Assembly: GCF_030144855.1 (NCBI RefSeq)
Contig: NC_082738.1
Location: 6,634,001 to 6,698,000, forward strand
Length of the DNA stretch: 64,000 nt
DNA from: Hypanus sabinus
Taxonomy: Eukaryota
Direction of reading: 5' to 3'
This document shows, one piece after another, positions 1 through 10,939 of the stretch (position 1 is its first letter; each line of letters starts with the position of its first letter). The notes under the pieces are model-generated. The model saw nothing but the letters and a program-made list of their open reading frames with translations. It made no database searches and had not been told where the DNA came from. Both the position numbers and the translations under genes were made by a program.

Positions 1-69
1 TTCCAGTTCTTCATTTGCACTCTCAAATGAAATGCAAAAGTGATTATTAATGAAATTTTAGGAGACTGG

Positions 70-490
70 TAGAGCAATACATTAAAAATTACAAGTTACA
101 ATAAAAATTATAATAAAAACAATAAGTAGTGCAAAAAGAGAGGAAGTACTTCTGGACCATTCAGAAATCTGATGGTAGATGGAAAGAAGTTGTTCCTCAA
201 ATGTTGAATATGTATCTTGAGGCTCTTGCACCCCTTTCCTGATAGCAGTAATGAGAAGAGGGCATATTCTGGATGCTGAGGGTTCTTAATGATGGGTGTT
301 GTCTTCTTGAGGCATTGCCTTTTGAACACATCCTCTATGCTGGGAAGGCCAGTGCTGATACTGGAACTGACTGAATCGACAACCCTCTGCAGATTTTTCC
401 AATTCTGTGCAGTAGCCCCTCCGTACCAAGACAGTGATGCCACCACTCAGAATGCTCTCCAATTGTAGAAATTTTCCAGGGTCTTTGGAG
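70..490 (-). mobile_element. Rex1/Babar-like non-LTR retrotransposon, 3' fragment
   Basis: Minus ORF 108-446 has the C-terminal motif HPxYALFSLLxSGKxxKSLKxHxxxLRNxFFPSTIRFLN, which recurs in many copies in the window. Confidence 0.8.
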
Positions 491-730
491 AAAAAAAATT
501 TAAGAGGGTGTACCAAAGCCACAGAAAGGTTTAAGTACCAATATATAAATTCTTTAAATATTCATCTGCAACGCTGAAAAACACAGAAAGGATGAACCAA
601 AGGGATGAGTTGAAAGTTGGGATTTAGCAGCAGAATATTAGGGTCATAAAAGAAATAACCTGCAGGATTGTTTGCTTAAAAAAAAACAAGTTTTAACAAG
701 AAAATCATAAAGCTACACTTTATCTGGAGG

Positions 731-1535
731 GTGGAGCTTAGTCATGATGGCACTAAGCGGTGACTCCTTTGCTTGCATCTTCAGGAACAACTCTATTTCC
801 ATCTTTAATATCTCTATTTTTCCCTTTCAGGGTTCTTTTGAAGACCCTAACCTGGAGTTACTTGCTGACTTCAGTTCTTTGTGGGAATGGAGCCCGCTCT
901 TGGGGTTTCATGACTGGCCGTTATTTGACATGCCAAAGACGCAGCCTAAGAGCGTAGCTCGCCTTCGGATGTCCAGGATCTTGTGGCTCTGGAGACAGGC
1001 AGATTGAAGGCCGGTGTCCTGGCAAGAGATCAATGTGTCGTGGGAGTCGGAAGATCTACGGCTGTGTGCCCAGAGACCCGAGATCTTTGGGTACAGAGCT
1101 CGGAAAAAGCGACACAACAGACTTTTAACATCATAAATCAGTGAGCTGTTTGTTATATCTCCCCTCGCACTGTGAAATGGAAACACCTCTTTCTCCTTTA
1201 TGAGGGAGTGAGAGAGCCTACGGTGTGTCAAATACCAGGTGAACAAGTAGTCTTTGGGGGACTGCAAGTTTGTGTCTTTCCTGTTGCTTTGCTCACGCTT
1301 GAGTGCTCGGTGGTGGGTGCCATTGCTTTTTTTTTGCTGGTGGGGGAGGGGGATCATTGCTTGCTGCCACTTATGCACAGGAGAGAGGGGAGTTGGGGGG
1401 ACTTTAGGGTTCTAACATTTAATGTCATTCATTCTTTGGGGGCACTCCTGTTTTTGTAAAGGGTTGTGAAGAAAAAGCATTCCAGGATGTATATTGTATA
1501 CACTTCTTTGACATTAAATGTACCTTTGAAACCTG
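731..1535 (+). repeat. Unclassified interspersed repeat (non-autonomous retroposon or long LINE 3' UTR)
   Basis: GC/CpG-richer block that ends in a LINE-type tail (GTATATTGTATACAC...ATTAAATGTACCTTTGAA). No coherent protein. Confidence 0.45.
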
Positions 1536-1644
1536 TGATATAAAAAAGTAGAACAAATTGGTTGTTAAATATCCAAACATGAGAAACTGAAATGTTTAAC
1601 TTGTATTAGAGATTTATTCACCTAATTGATTTTGGATCCTGGGC

Positions 1645-2160
1645 CCAGCACGCCAGTGCAATTATGAAGGAAGCACGGCAGTGCCTCTACTTCCTTAGAA
1701 GTTTGTGAAGATTCAGCACGACATCTAAAACTTTGACAAACTTATTTAGATGTGTGGTGGAGAGTACATTTACTGGCTGCATCACACCCTGGTATGGAAA
1801 CACCAATACCTTTGGATGGAATATACTACAAAAAATAGCAGATACATTTCAGTCCATCACAGGAGTGTTGTCGTAGAAAGCAGCATCCATCATAAGGCAC
1901 CCCCACCATTGGGAAGAAGGTACAGGAGCCTCAGGACTCACACTGGCAGGTTCAGGAACAATTATTACCCCTCCACCATCAGACTCTTGAACCAAAGGGG
2001 ATAACTTCTCTTGCCCCATCACTGAACTGTTCCCAAAACCTATGGACTTACTTTCAAGGACTCTTCATATCAAGCTCTTGATATTTATTGCTTTTTTTCT
2101 CTCTCTCTCTTTGAATTTGTACAGTCTGTTGTCTTTTGCACACTCATTGAATACCCAAGC
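1645..2160 (+). mobile_element. Rex1/Babar-like LINE 3' fragment
   Basis: Encodes GRRYRSLRTHTGRFRNNYYPSTIRLLNQRG; near-identical to copies at 7235-7945 and 59170-60355. Confidence 0.8.
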
Positions 2161-2174
2161 TGGTGTAGCACACA

Positions 2175-2685
2175 TCATAAATAGCCTCTGACAACCAAGT
2201 CCAGCTCCTGGCCTACATGTGTGGATTAGCTACTAAATCCAGCAGAACCCATTTCTTTCTACTGACAGGAGAAGTGGCTAAGGCAGGTTACTGGTGCCTT
2301 AAAACCAGTCACTTCAGGCAGATGGGGCTCAGCAGCTGTGGTTGGCAGCTCATCTATGAGAAGGAAAACTCTGATGTCAAATCTCCACTGCCTTGTGGCT
2401 GCATGAAACCATAAGGAGTAAACCCTAAGGGAAAGAAAATCGGAGCAGGAGGCCCTAAGGCAGTCCTACGTTAAGTTCAACATTGACTGGCAACTCCTGC
2501 GACATTATTGGTGCCAAATGTATCAGTCTCTGCCGTTCGTTTGGATTCATCAACTGTGGGGCGGGGGTTTGGGGGAGAGTTGGCTACACAAACAACAGCG
2601 TGCTCTCCATATCGTACTGCCCTGGCTTGTGTAGATATCTAGGATGCATCCATGGTCAATCCTGATCAATGGAGGGCCTCATTAT
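2175..2685 (+). mobile_element. Probable non-autonomous RTE-related or SINE-like element
   Basis: Discrete GC-richer block with an RTE 5'UTR-like segment (GAGAAGGAAAACTCTGA). Family recognised from pattern only. Confidence 0.35.
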
Positions 2686-3939
2686 GGGATAAATGATGAA
2701 GTACTTCAATAATTTATGAATCCCTCACTTACACAATGCATTTCATTACACTATTTATACCACAAGATTTTGTATGGGCATCTCTCAAAGATAATTAAAT
2801 TTAAAACAATGAAGTTTCAAAACATCAAAACTATAACATTTTACTGTGATCAAGAAAAGTTAGCATACTGCAGAAAATTCAGTTGTTGTTAATTTCCATA
2901 TGCACTTAAGTTAATTGAGCCATAGGACAGTTGTAGTCAGTAAATTCTAAGTCCATTCTAATTTCTGTATCACACGAAAATAATTAAATTTAAATAAGAT
3001 TCTTCCTCAACAAATCAACTATCCAAAACTCTCAGACAGGACATATTCTGAAATGACAAACTTGAATCATTCACTTTGCACATTGCTTCAAATGTTTCCT
3101 CAGACAATGGGCCTCTCCTGCATTTACAGTATAGGTGCTTCACTCGGAAGATACGTTTCTGATTGATCGGAAAACCAAATACAGGTTGTAAAGAATTTCT
3201 TTTGCATCCCCACAGACAATGTGCTTTCTTCCACTCCTCCTATTCCTCTCCTTGGCCTCCTCTGCTCTGAGGAAACAAGCCCAGCCTATAGTCTCTTCTC
3301 GTGACTGACATTCTTAATCTCTAGCGAGATCTTTTACATTGTATCAGTTACTTTGTTGCAACATAGTTGATCCCATCTCCAAAAACACAAACTGCATTTG
3401 CTTTTCGTTATTTCATTTGCAATAATCCAGATAATTATAACAACCTAGAATTTTGTAATAAAGGTTCCACTTCAGTCATAATTATCACTTTTCAGATGTT
3501 AACTTATTAGATCAGGAAATTCTATTGCATGGATATTAGCTTACATCAGTTAAGAGTATTCAATTACTGAAGAGTTACACTTTAACCCTCACAATATCTT
3601 TTCATATCCCTTCCAATGTTACTTTCTCACTCGTTGCAGACTGATTAGAGATGACACATCCATCCATCCTTACTATGACTCAGTACATTATCAATGCAGT
3701 GTCTCGGCAACTGGTCTCCCATATTCTTCAACCACTTCTCCCGCTTTTAATTACTGTACTTTGATTACTTGATTTCCTCCTCTTTGTCTAAAGAGAAACT
3801 GGGTACGATTTCCGACTATAGATGTCCTTCTCTCCCAGCTGCCAATCAACCGATGTTAAGGTATTTTTAATGACAGTAATAGCAAAAGAATCATGTGGGA
3901 AAACATGATTTCAAACCTCTCCCAAACAGGCTTTCCATT

Positions 3940-4640
3940 CATTCGGCTGCTGTTGCCGCTCCTGTACTCACTTCCACCTATGGCGCTCCGCATTTTATAA
4001 GAAGCCCGGCTGCTGTGTCTGAGCTGTGTACGAGTCGGTGTACCTGTCAGCCCCGTATTCAGGCAGTGACAGAAGGACGATAAATGCCGACTAGGCCCAG
4101 CCTGAACTCACAGTGAGTCAGCAGCGTTAGCCGCGCGGGCCGGCGCCTCCCGCCTCACCTCACGACGTATCTGCCCCGCATCCCTCCGCTGACTAAGGCC
4201 GCCGCCGTTATCACTTACCGATGCTATGCAGAATGTCTATAGAAGCGTTCCGATCGGTGCTGACTAAGGACTGAGCGCGTTGGAACTCCACTAATGCCGC
4301 CGCCGCCATCTTTTTCCTCGCCTACAATCACATCAACTCCCACCCCTTCACCGCGCAACCTAACATGCTCATCCTACTCGTCGTAACATCATATGAATGA
4401 CAATCCTACAGCCTATCATGGTTCTCACTAGTGATGTGATTTTATTATTAAGTCCAATGAACAACCGCAATGGGCGGGCCTACATACAACTAAATGTGGT
4501 TGTACAGGAGGCGGGGTGCGTGACATCATTCTTTCCGAGCTTGCGCAGTTTTGTTTGTTGAAGTATGGGTTCTGTCGTTTTCTTACATTCAATTCGGAGC
4601 GGAGCATCCAGATGGAGCAACGTGATAATAGGTTTATTAT
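3940..4640. promoter_or_regulatory. CpG-rich promoter of PSMD11, possibly bidirectional
   Basis: High CpG density against a CpG-poor background. YY1 motif AAGATGGCGGC overlaps the start codon (minus, 4302-4312). CCAAT 4454-4458, GC boxes 4472-4477 and 4509-4516, CRE-like TGACATCA 4521-4528. Confidence 0.85.
4219..4309 (-). CDS. PSMD11: 26S proteasome non-ATPase regulatory subunit 11 (Rpn6), first coding exon; gene continues beyond the window start
   Basis: Minus strand translates to [30 protein letters not shown], matching the vertebrate PSMD11 N-terminus ([30 protein letters not shown]). 91 coding nt, then a consensus phase-1 donor G|GTAAGT at 4218-4213. Confidence 0.96.
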
Positions 4641-5539
4641 TTCTGTGTCCGTTAAGGACACAGAATAAAAGAGTAAAAGGTCTTCTACCTTATACAGAGC
4701 CTCGTTCGATTGTATTTTAAAGGAATAGTAGACTTTTACTTTTTGAAGGTTTGAAGGAGAACGAAAAGAAAATATAAAATATTTTCTCTAGTCATTGGTA
4801 TTTTGGAACCAGCGAAACCGCAGATATCTAATAGAATCCATTGAGAGTACGGAAAAATTTCCAGATTCAGCTCTGATCAGTACTGTAAGAAATTCATTAA
4901 AGTGATTGTTTATATTTACTTTGAATGCTTTTGATTTAAAGATATTGCAAACAAAATGCAGTATCTCTTGAATAGCACATCAGGCTGTGCACCCTTGACT
5001 GAAACGGTCATCGACGTGTGATACACAGCCCCGGAGACATCTTTAACCACTTGGCACCTCCAATTTAATGTGATCACATTTCATGATTAAAGTTATGACC
5101 AAATTAGGATATGCAAAGCTGTAAAATATCACAATGTAATATAATTTGTTGGTCTCTGTAATAATAACCCTAAAAGTTCCTGCATCCTTCACTAATGACC
5201 TGTTATGGGTGTCAACTGTTATTGCAGTAGTTGGAGACAGAAAAGATAGGAGAGGGAGGAGGAGGAGGAAGTCAAAGACAGTTCAAGTTCAAGTTTAATA
5301 ATTAATCGTTCCTCAGGGGCTAAGGTACAAACATATTACCAACAACACACTAAGCACAAATAACACATAATGTGATAATTTCTGAAAAAATATCCAGTCA
5401 CAAAGAGAAAAAAAAATATTGCTCAGGTCCCTGTGTGACATGACTAAATTGATGGTAAATTGTCCTGTTCCAGCTTGTTCCTCCGTGGAGTGAACGCTGG
5501 AGGGCAGCACTGAGTAAACACTGCTCATTCCACCACAAA

Positions 5540-5652
5540 AGAGAAAAACCTGCAGATGCTGGAAATCCAAGCAACACACACAAGATGCTGGAGGAGCTCA
5601 GCAGGTTAAGCAGCATCTGTGGAAAAGAGTACAGTCGACGTTTTGAGCTGAC
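5540..5652 (-). mobile_element. Penelope-like element terminal repeat fragment
   Basis: Multi-copy motif CTGCAGATGCTGGAAATCCAAGCAACACACAC...GGAGGAACTCAGCAGG; retains the 3' half of the hammerhead-like motif. Confidence 0.65.
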
Positions 5653-6049
5653 TGCTCGTTCCACCATTTCAGACAGAGCAAACCTTAACAAAATTTGGAG
5701 TTGGGATGATAAATTACAAACGTACATTTGCACCACACAAGTGCAAAAGGATGATCTCCAACAAAAATGTTCTAATCATTTCCCTCTGCCAAACAGTGGC
5801 ACTACCATCATCCAGTCCTTGTGATGTTCGTCAGCCAGTAACTGTCCTGGAAAGCACACATAATTTCTGTGGCAATACATTTTAGATACTGCAGTGAAAG
5901 ACCTCGGCTGCTAATCTTGCAAAGCTTTACAAGTTGGCAGAACTTACAGGGCAAAAATCTGGAATAGAAAGCTTTCCTTGAAGAATACAATTCAAGCCAC
6001 AATAGAGAAGCTCATTGACATTTTGTCCAAGCTTTCATGCCTTCATTTG

Positions 6050-6290
6050 TTATCATCACTGTCAATATGTACCATGTCATATGACATCAGCGATTATGGT
6101 CTTTCCATGACCATGATCGTTCTTGGCAAATTTTCCTATAGAAGTGGTCCCATAGCTTCATGTGACCCTGAATGGGGGGCTAAGCAGGTGCTACACCTTG
6201 CCCAATGGTGACCTGCAGGCTAATGGAGGGAAGGAGCACCTTACACCTACCTCCTTTGGTAGAGATGTATCCCCATCCTGCCACCCACTC
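6050..6290 (-). mobile_element. RTE/BovB-related SINE-like element
   Basis: Minus strand ends in a (TGA)n-like tail after AAAATTTGCCAAGAACGATCATGGTCATGG. Recognised from pattern only. Confidence 0.4.
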
Positions 6291-6559
6291 CATTAGTAGA
6301 CCACCCAATTGGACTCCATTATGGCAGACATTTTGTGAAGTCTTTACCCCACACATTTCTAGTGACTCAATACATGAAGATTCTCTTCTAGAGTGCCTTT
6401 TGTCCCCAGAGTGTCAATGTCTAAACTGGTGAATGAAAGTGTCTAATGGATCGATGTTCTTTTGCTCTTTCTTTAAGCTCTGCAACCAAAAATTTGGCAT
6501 TTAGATGATTTGGAGTTTCTGGAACAAGAAAAACAGAAGGGTATAGCTTTGTTGAGCAT

Positions 6560-6790
6560 CTCCACTCCATCCCTTTACCTTTTCCACATCACCTGCTAGA
6601 GTCTTACTTTGTCCCACCTGGCTTCACCTATCTCATCCTCCCCTTCCCACCACCTCCCTACTCTGGCTTCTCCCCATCCTTTGAAATCCTGATGAAGAGT
6701 CACAGCCTGAAATGTTGACTAGTTATTCGTTTCCCTCCATTGATGCTGCCTGACCTGCTGAGTTCCTCCAGCGTTTTGTGTGTGTTGCAC
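6560..6790 (+). mobile_element. Penelope-like terminal repeat with hammerhead-like core
   Basis: Pyrimidine-rich tract, then CTGATGA (6689-6695) ... GAAA (6709-6712), then the GATGCTGCCTGACCTGCTGAGTTCCTCCAGC motif. Confidence 0.7.
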
Positions 6791-7234
6791 AAGAGTATAG
6801 TTACCATAGATAGACTAGGCAAGTAAAAGGGAGCCTTTGGGATGGGGAGGGGGAGGGATGTGAAAAGAAGGAATATGTGTAAGCAAAATGTCATCTAAAA
6901 TAACCTCTGCACTACCACAGCCGTGGACTTTGTGGGACCGTCTCATGAATGCCAAGTTCTCACACTTCCAAACCACTATATATCAATAGAGCTGCTTTTT
7001 TTTTGTTGCTGGAGGCAGTTATATTTCTCTTCCCTGAATATTAGTGAATGTGTTACAATTCTCCATCCCATGGTCTAAATGGTGTTTCAATATGTGCCTT
7101 GAAAAATTGTTTCCCCCCAGAGGGTGCTGATGATCTGAAACTCGCAACCTGAAAATGATCAAGGCAGAAAACTTCATCATATTGAAATAGTACTTGGATA
7201 ATTGTTGATATCATTTCAGAGGACCAGTTTTGGG

Positions 7235-7945
7235 TTCAACATATAAGTGCCATTACAAAGAAAGCACGGCAGCACCTCTACTTTCTTAGAAGTTTGAAAA
7301 GTTCGGAATGTCATATAAAATGGTGACACACTTCTATAAACGAGTGGTGGAGACTAATATTGACTGGTTGCATCATGGCCTTGTATGGAAACACCAATGC
7401 CCTTGAACGGAATATCATGCAATAAGTAGTGGATACGGCCCAGTCCATCAAGCCCTCCCCACCGTTGAGCACATCTACATGAAACATTGTTGCAGGAAAG
7501 TAGCATCTGTCATCAGGGACCCTCACCACCCAGGACATGCTCTCTTCTCACTGCTGCCATCAGGAAGAAGGCACAGGAGCCTCAGGACTCACACCACCAA
7601 GTTCAGGAACAGTTATTACCCCTCAGCCATCAGGTTCTTGAATCAAACTTCACTCACCCCATCACTGAACTGTTCCCATAACCTATGGACTCACTTTCAA
7701 GGGTTCTTCATCTTATGTTCTCGATATTTATTACTTATTAATTGATGATTATTATTATTTCTTTTTGTATTTACACAGTTTGTTGTCTTTTGCATGATGG
7801 TTGTTAATCCATCTTGTTGGGTGTGGCCTTCTTTGATTCTATTGTGTTTCTTGTATTCACTGTGAATGCCCATGAGAAAATGAATCTCAGGGTTGTATAT
7901 GGTAGCATATATGTACTTTGATAATAAATTTACTTTGAACTTAGA
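7235..7945 (+). mobile_element. Rex1/Babar-like LINE, 5'-truncated, complete 3' end
   Basis: ORF 7479-7745 has HPGHALFSLLPSGRRHRSLRTHTTKFRNSYYPSAIRFLN; tail AATAAATTTACTTTGAAC. Confidence 0.85.
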
Positions 7946-8205
7946 AATACATTTGAGGAACCTAAACTTGCTGGGCTGTAGATTTACTTCTGGATGTTAG
8001 GATTAAACAGCATAGTTTCTGTCCTCATGTTTTGAAGTATTAAATTCTGCTTTCACTGTGCTGAGCTTGCTCCCAGCCTCTGCACTGGCAGACAATCTGT
8101 GCTCCTGAAAATCCTAGGGTGCTGACAAATCACTAGACCTGCACTGCTGAATGACCAGAGGTTTCTTGCTGAGTGAAACCCTAGGAATCGATGGGGTTAA
8201 TAGAG

Positions 8206-8287
8206 CAGAGATCCCCAACCTTTTTTTATGACATGAAACAATACCATTAAGCAAAGGGTCCGTGGACCCCAGATTGGGACTCCCACT
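8206..8287. mobile_element. hAT-like MITE (~80 bp)
   Basis: Degenerate TIRs CAGAGATCCCCAACC / GATTGGGACTCCC; related copies at 30032-30111 and ~63830-63910. Confidence 0.55.
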
Positions 8288-8324
8288 TTAAAGCATCATG
8301 TTAACTTAAATCCAGGCACACCTA

Positions 8325-8775
8325 GAATCAGAATCAGATTTATTATCACTGACTTAGATGATGTGTCCCCCAACCTTTAACTTGTGAAGTCTTCCCCTTC
8401 CTTCTCTGTCCTGGAGAAGGGTCTCTTCCCGAAACATCGACTGGTTATTCATTTCCATAGATGCTGCCGACCTGCTGAGTTCCTCCAGTATTTTATGTGT
8501 GTTGCACTGGATTTCCAGCATCTGCAGATTTTTTTGGTGTTTAAGATGTGACATTTGTTGTTTTGCAACAGCAGTACAGTGCAAAAATACAAAATTACGA
8601 TAGGTTTCAAAAAATAAATGAATATCATAAAAAAAGGAATAATGAAGCAGTATTGAGGGGTTCATGCACCATTCAGAAATCTGATGGTTGAGAGGAAGTT
8701 GTTTTTGAATTGTTGAGGGTGTGTCTTCAGGCTCCTGTACCTTCTCCCCAATGATAGTAATGAGAAGAGGGCATA
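8325..8775 (-). mobile_element. Rex1-like 3' end with (CTGATT)n tail, interrupted by a Penelope-like repeat (~8360-8545)
   Basis: AATCAGAATCAG tail and TTTATTATCACTGAC on the left; LINE body resumes at ~8545. The insert carries GGGTCTCTTCCCGAAACATCGACTG. Confidence 0.7.
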
Positions 8776-9267
8776 TATAGATATATAGATGATAATAATG
8801 TTATTCAAATGTACAGTAGCCATGTTATTAGTATGCTAAAATCAGCAGACAGGCTCCTTACTTTTCCCAGTTATGGAACATACTTGGTCAGATCTCTATT
8901 ACCCCCATTACTGCACTGACTGCAACACTTTAAATCACCTTTTTATACTTTTTTCACATTTTAAATACATATTGATATTTATGCACTTAGGCACAATTTA
9001 TTCCATATCTGTACTTTAACCTCAAACTTTATTCTTATATCATTGTTTATAATTTTTGAATGTTGTATGTCACGCACTGACCAACACAACAGCAAATTCC
9101 TAATACGTAGTTTACAGCAAATAAAGGTGATCTGTGATCTTTCTGCTAAGGACAGCTACTCTTACCCTGACACTGTAATACACTTCCTTGGTCGATGTTT
9201 GAACCAAGGCTGCAATGTGGTCTGAAACAGAGGGTCCTGCTGAATCATAAATTGGGTACTGGTGAAC

Positions 9268-9639
9268 TGTCATGGTTCCGGTTGGCCGTTCCCCTTTAAC
9301 ACTTCTTTCTCCCTGATCATGCCCCAATTTCAGTCAATTGCTGCTAGTTACCCAATAATTGTACACCTGGCTTTCATCAGAGACTGGGAAATAAATACGA
9401 GGACCACTCTATCAGAGGTTGCAAGTTTGTTGGTCAATTCTCATGTGATATTTTGTTCTCTATTCTGATTAGAACTATTAGTTCTAAGATCTGCTCTAGT
9501 TTCTAGGGAGTCCCTGTGAACCCTGTCTTGTCAAGATTCCTCTGGTTTCCTGCTCTATGTTCAGGTCTATGCCAGCATCCCCAACTGAGTTGATGTGCCA
9601 GTGTCCTGCATTTGGGTTCTCTATTGCCCCTGTGTAACA
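9268..9639 (+). mobile_element. Solo LTR (Gypsy-type), 372 bp
   Basis: TGTCA...TAACA termini; flanking 5-bp duplication TGAAC/TGAAT; internal ATAAATA TATA-like box. Confidence 0.7.
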
Positions 9640-10434
9640 TGAATAGGTGATTGGTGAGAAAGTATTACTTCAAACATTATGAACAATGCCTTTCATTAAG
9701 TGGCTGATCATTGGGAATAGTTTTATCAGGTGGACTGGATCTGCCCTTCCTGTTAAAGATTTAAGAAGTGAGTTGAGGGCTACAGAAACTGGGAAATCTA
9801 AAAGTGTTCAGAATTGAAGTGGAGATATCTGGGAGGGTTTCTGTAGAGTAGGCTTGTTTCCCACTGTATTTACAATGTGTGAATGGAGTCTACCTCAGAT
9901 TCCATGGATAGTTGTGGAACATTTTTGGTATTTGAGAATTATTGACTTTTTATTCACTTGTTCTGTTTCATTTTGAGAGTTACTTTTAAATGTTGTCTTT
10001 TTGATGAACCAAGACAAAATATTAAATTAAATTCCTGATGATGATGTCTGGTTTTTTGCTTGTGAAGATCAGGAGGGAAGAGGAGTCCAGGTGTGATTGC
10101 TGATGACTGTAGAGGTCAATTCTGGACCGGCAGACTCTGAATCAGTAGGGACACGGGAACAGCTGAGATGTGAGTGCTTGGGTAATAGGATCCTTCCTGT
10201 GTCTTGTCTTCTCTTCAGCATTCACGCTACTGGATTCCTCAAAATTCTTGGCTGCTCCATGGATCTGTGTTCTCCTGCAGTCTCTTTCAGAAGACAGCTG
10301 CTGCCACTCACTGACCTTGATATTTGCCTGAGAGCTGTTGCTTGAATTGGTCTTTGTAACTTTTGTGTGGTGAACCATGATCCCTCTCGTTCTGAGAGAG
10401 TTCTCTGTAGAGTACTGCTTCTGGTAACTTGGTG

Positions 10435-10680
10435 TTGTCTATGCAAGACATGTGGCCTGGCCAGCAGAGTGGCTGGAGTTGCAAAGTGGCTTTAACACTT
10501 GGAAGTTGAGCCTCCTCCAGAATCTCATTGTTGGAGATGTAATCCTGCTAGGTGATACCCATGATGGAGCGGAGGCAGTGCTGATGGAAGTGCTCGAGTA
10601 AACTGATTTGCTTGCAGTACAAAACCTAGACATCCGAGCAGTGTTGTGACGATGGCAGCCCTGTACACCAGGATTAAATT
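10435..10680 (-). mobile_element. RTE (BovB-like) LINE C-terminal fragment
   Basis: Minus frame reads HQHCLRSIMGIT*QDYISNNEILEEAQLPSV and, nearby, QPLCWPGH; resembles RTE HQRCLRxILxIxWQDxxxNxEVLE...LRWAGH. Confidence 0.65.
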
Positions 10681-10754
10681 CCTATGCTTACTTAAAATGA
10701 ACAATTCAGCCAGTTTTTAGATTATCCTCCAACATCATCTTAATGTATCAAAAT

Positions 10755-10935
10755 GGCCACTGTTTATTCCCCTCCATAGATGCTGTCTGACTTGCTGAAT
10801 TCCTCCAACATTTTGTGTCTTCTGCCCCCTCCCTTTCCAATCCTGATAAAGGGTCTTGGCTTGAAATGTCAACTGTTTATTCTCCTCCACAGAGGCTGCC
10901 TGGCTTGATGTATTGCTACAGAATTGTGTGTGTCG
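10755..10935 (+). mobile_element. Penelope-like terminal repeat, partial tandem
   Basis: The CTGTTTATTC-C-rich-AGA-GCTG unit occurs twice, with CTGATAAAGGGTCTTGGCTTGAAATGTCAACTG between. Confidence 0.65.
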
Positions 10936-10939
10936 CTAT

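Noticed and set aside
2200-2272. Possible HDV-like ribozyme: CTCCTG (2205-2210) pairs with CAGGAG (2266-2271), preceded by CTGA
   Set aside because: I could not build P1, P1.1 and a clean P3 in this copy. It needs a family consensus and a structure search.
3972-3990. CTCF-like CCACCTATGGCGC
   Set aside because: One base short of the core spacing and lacks the central AG.
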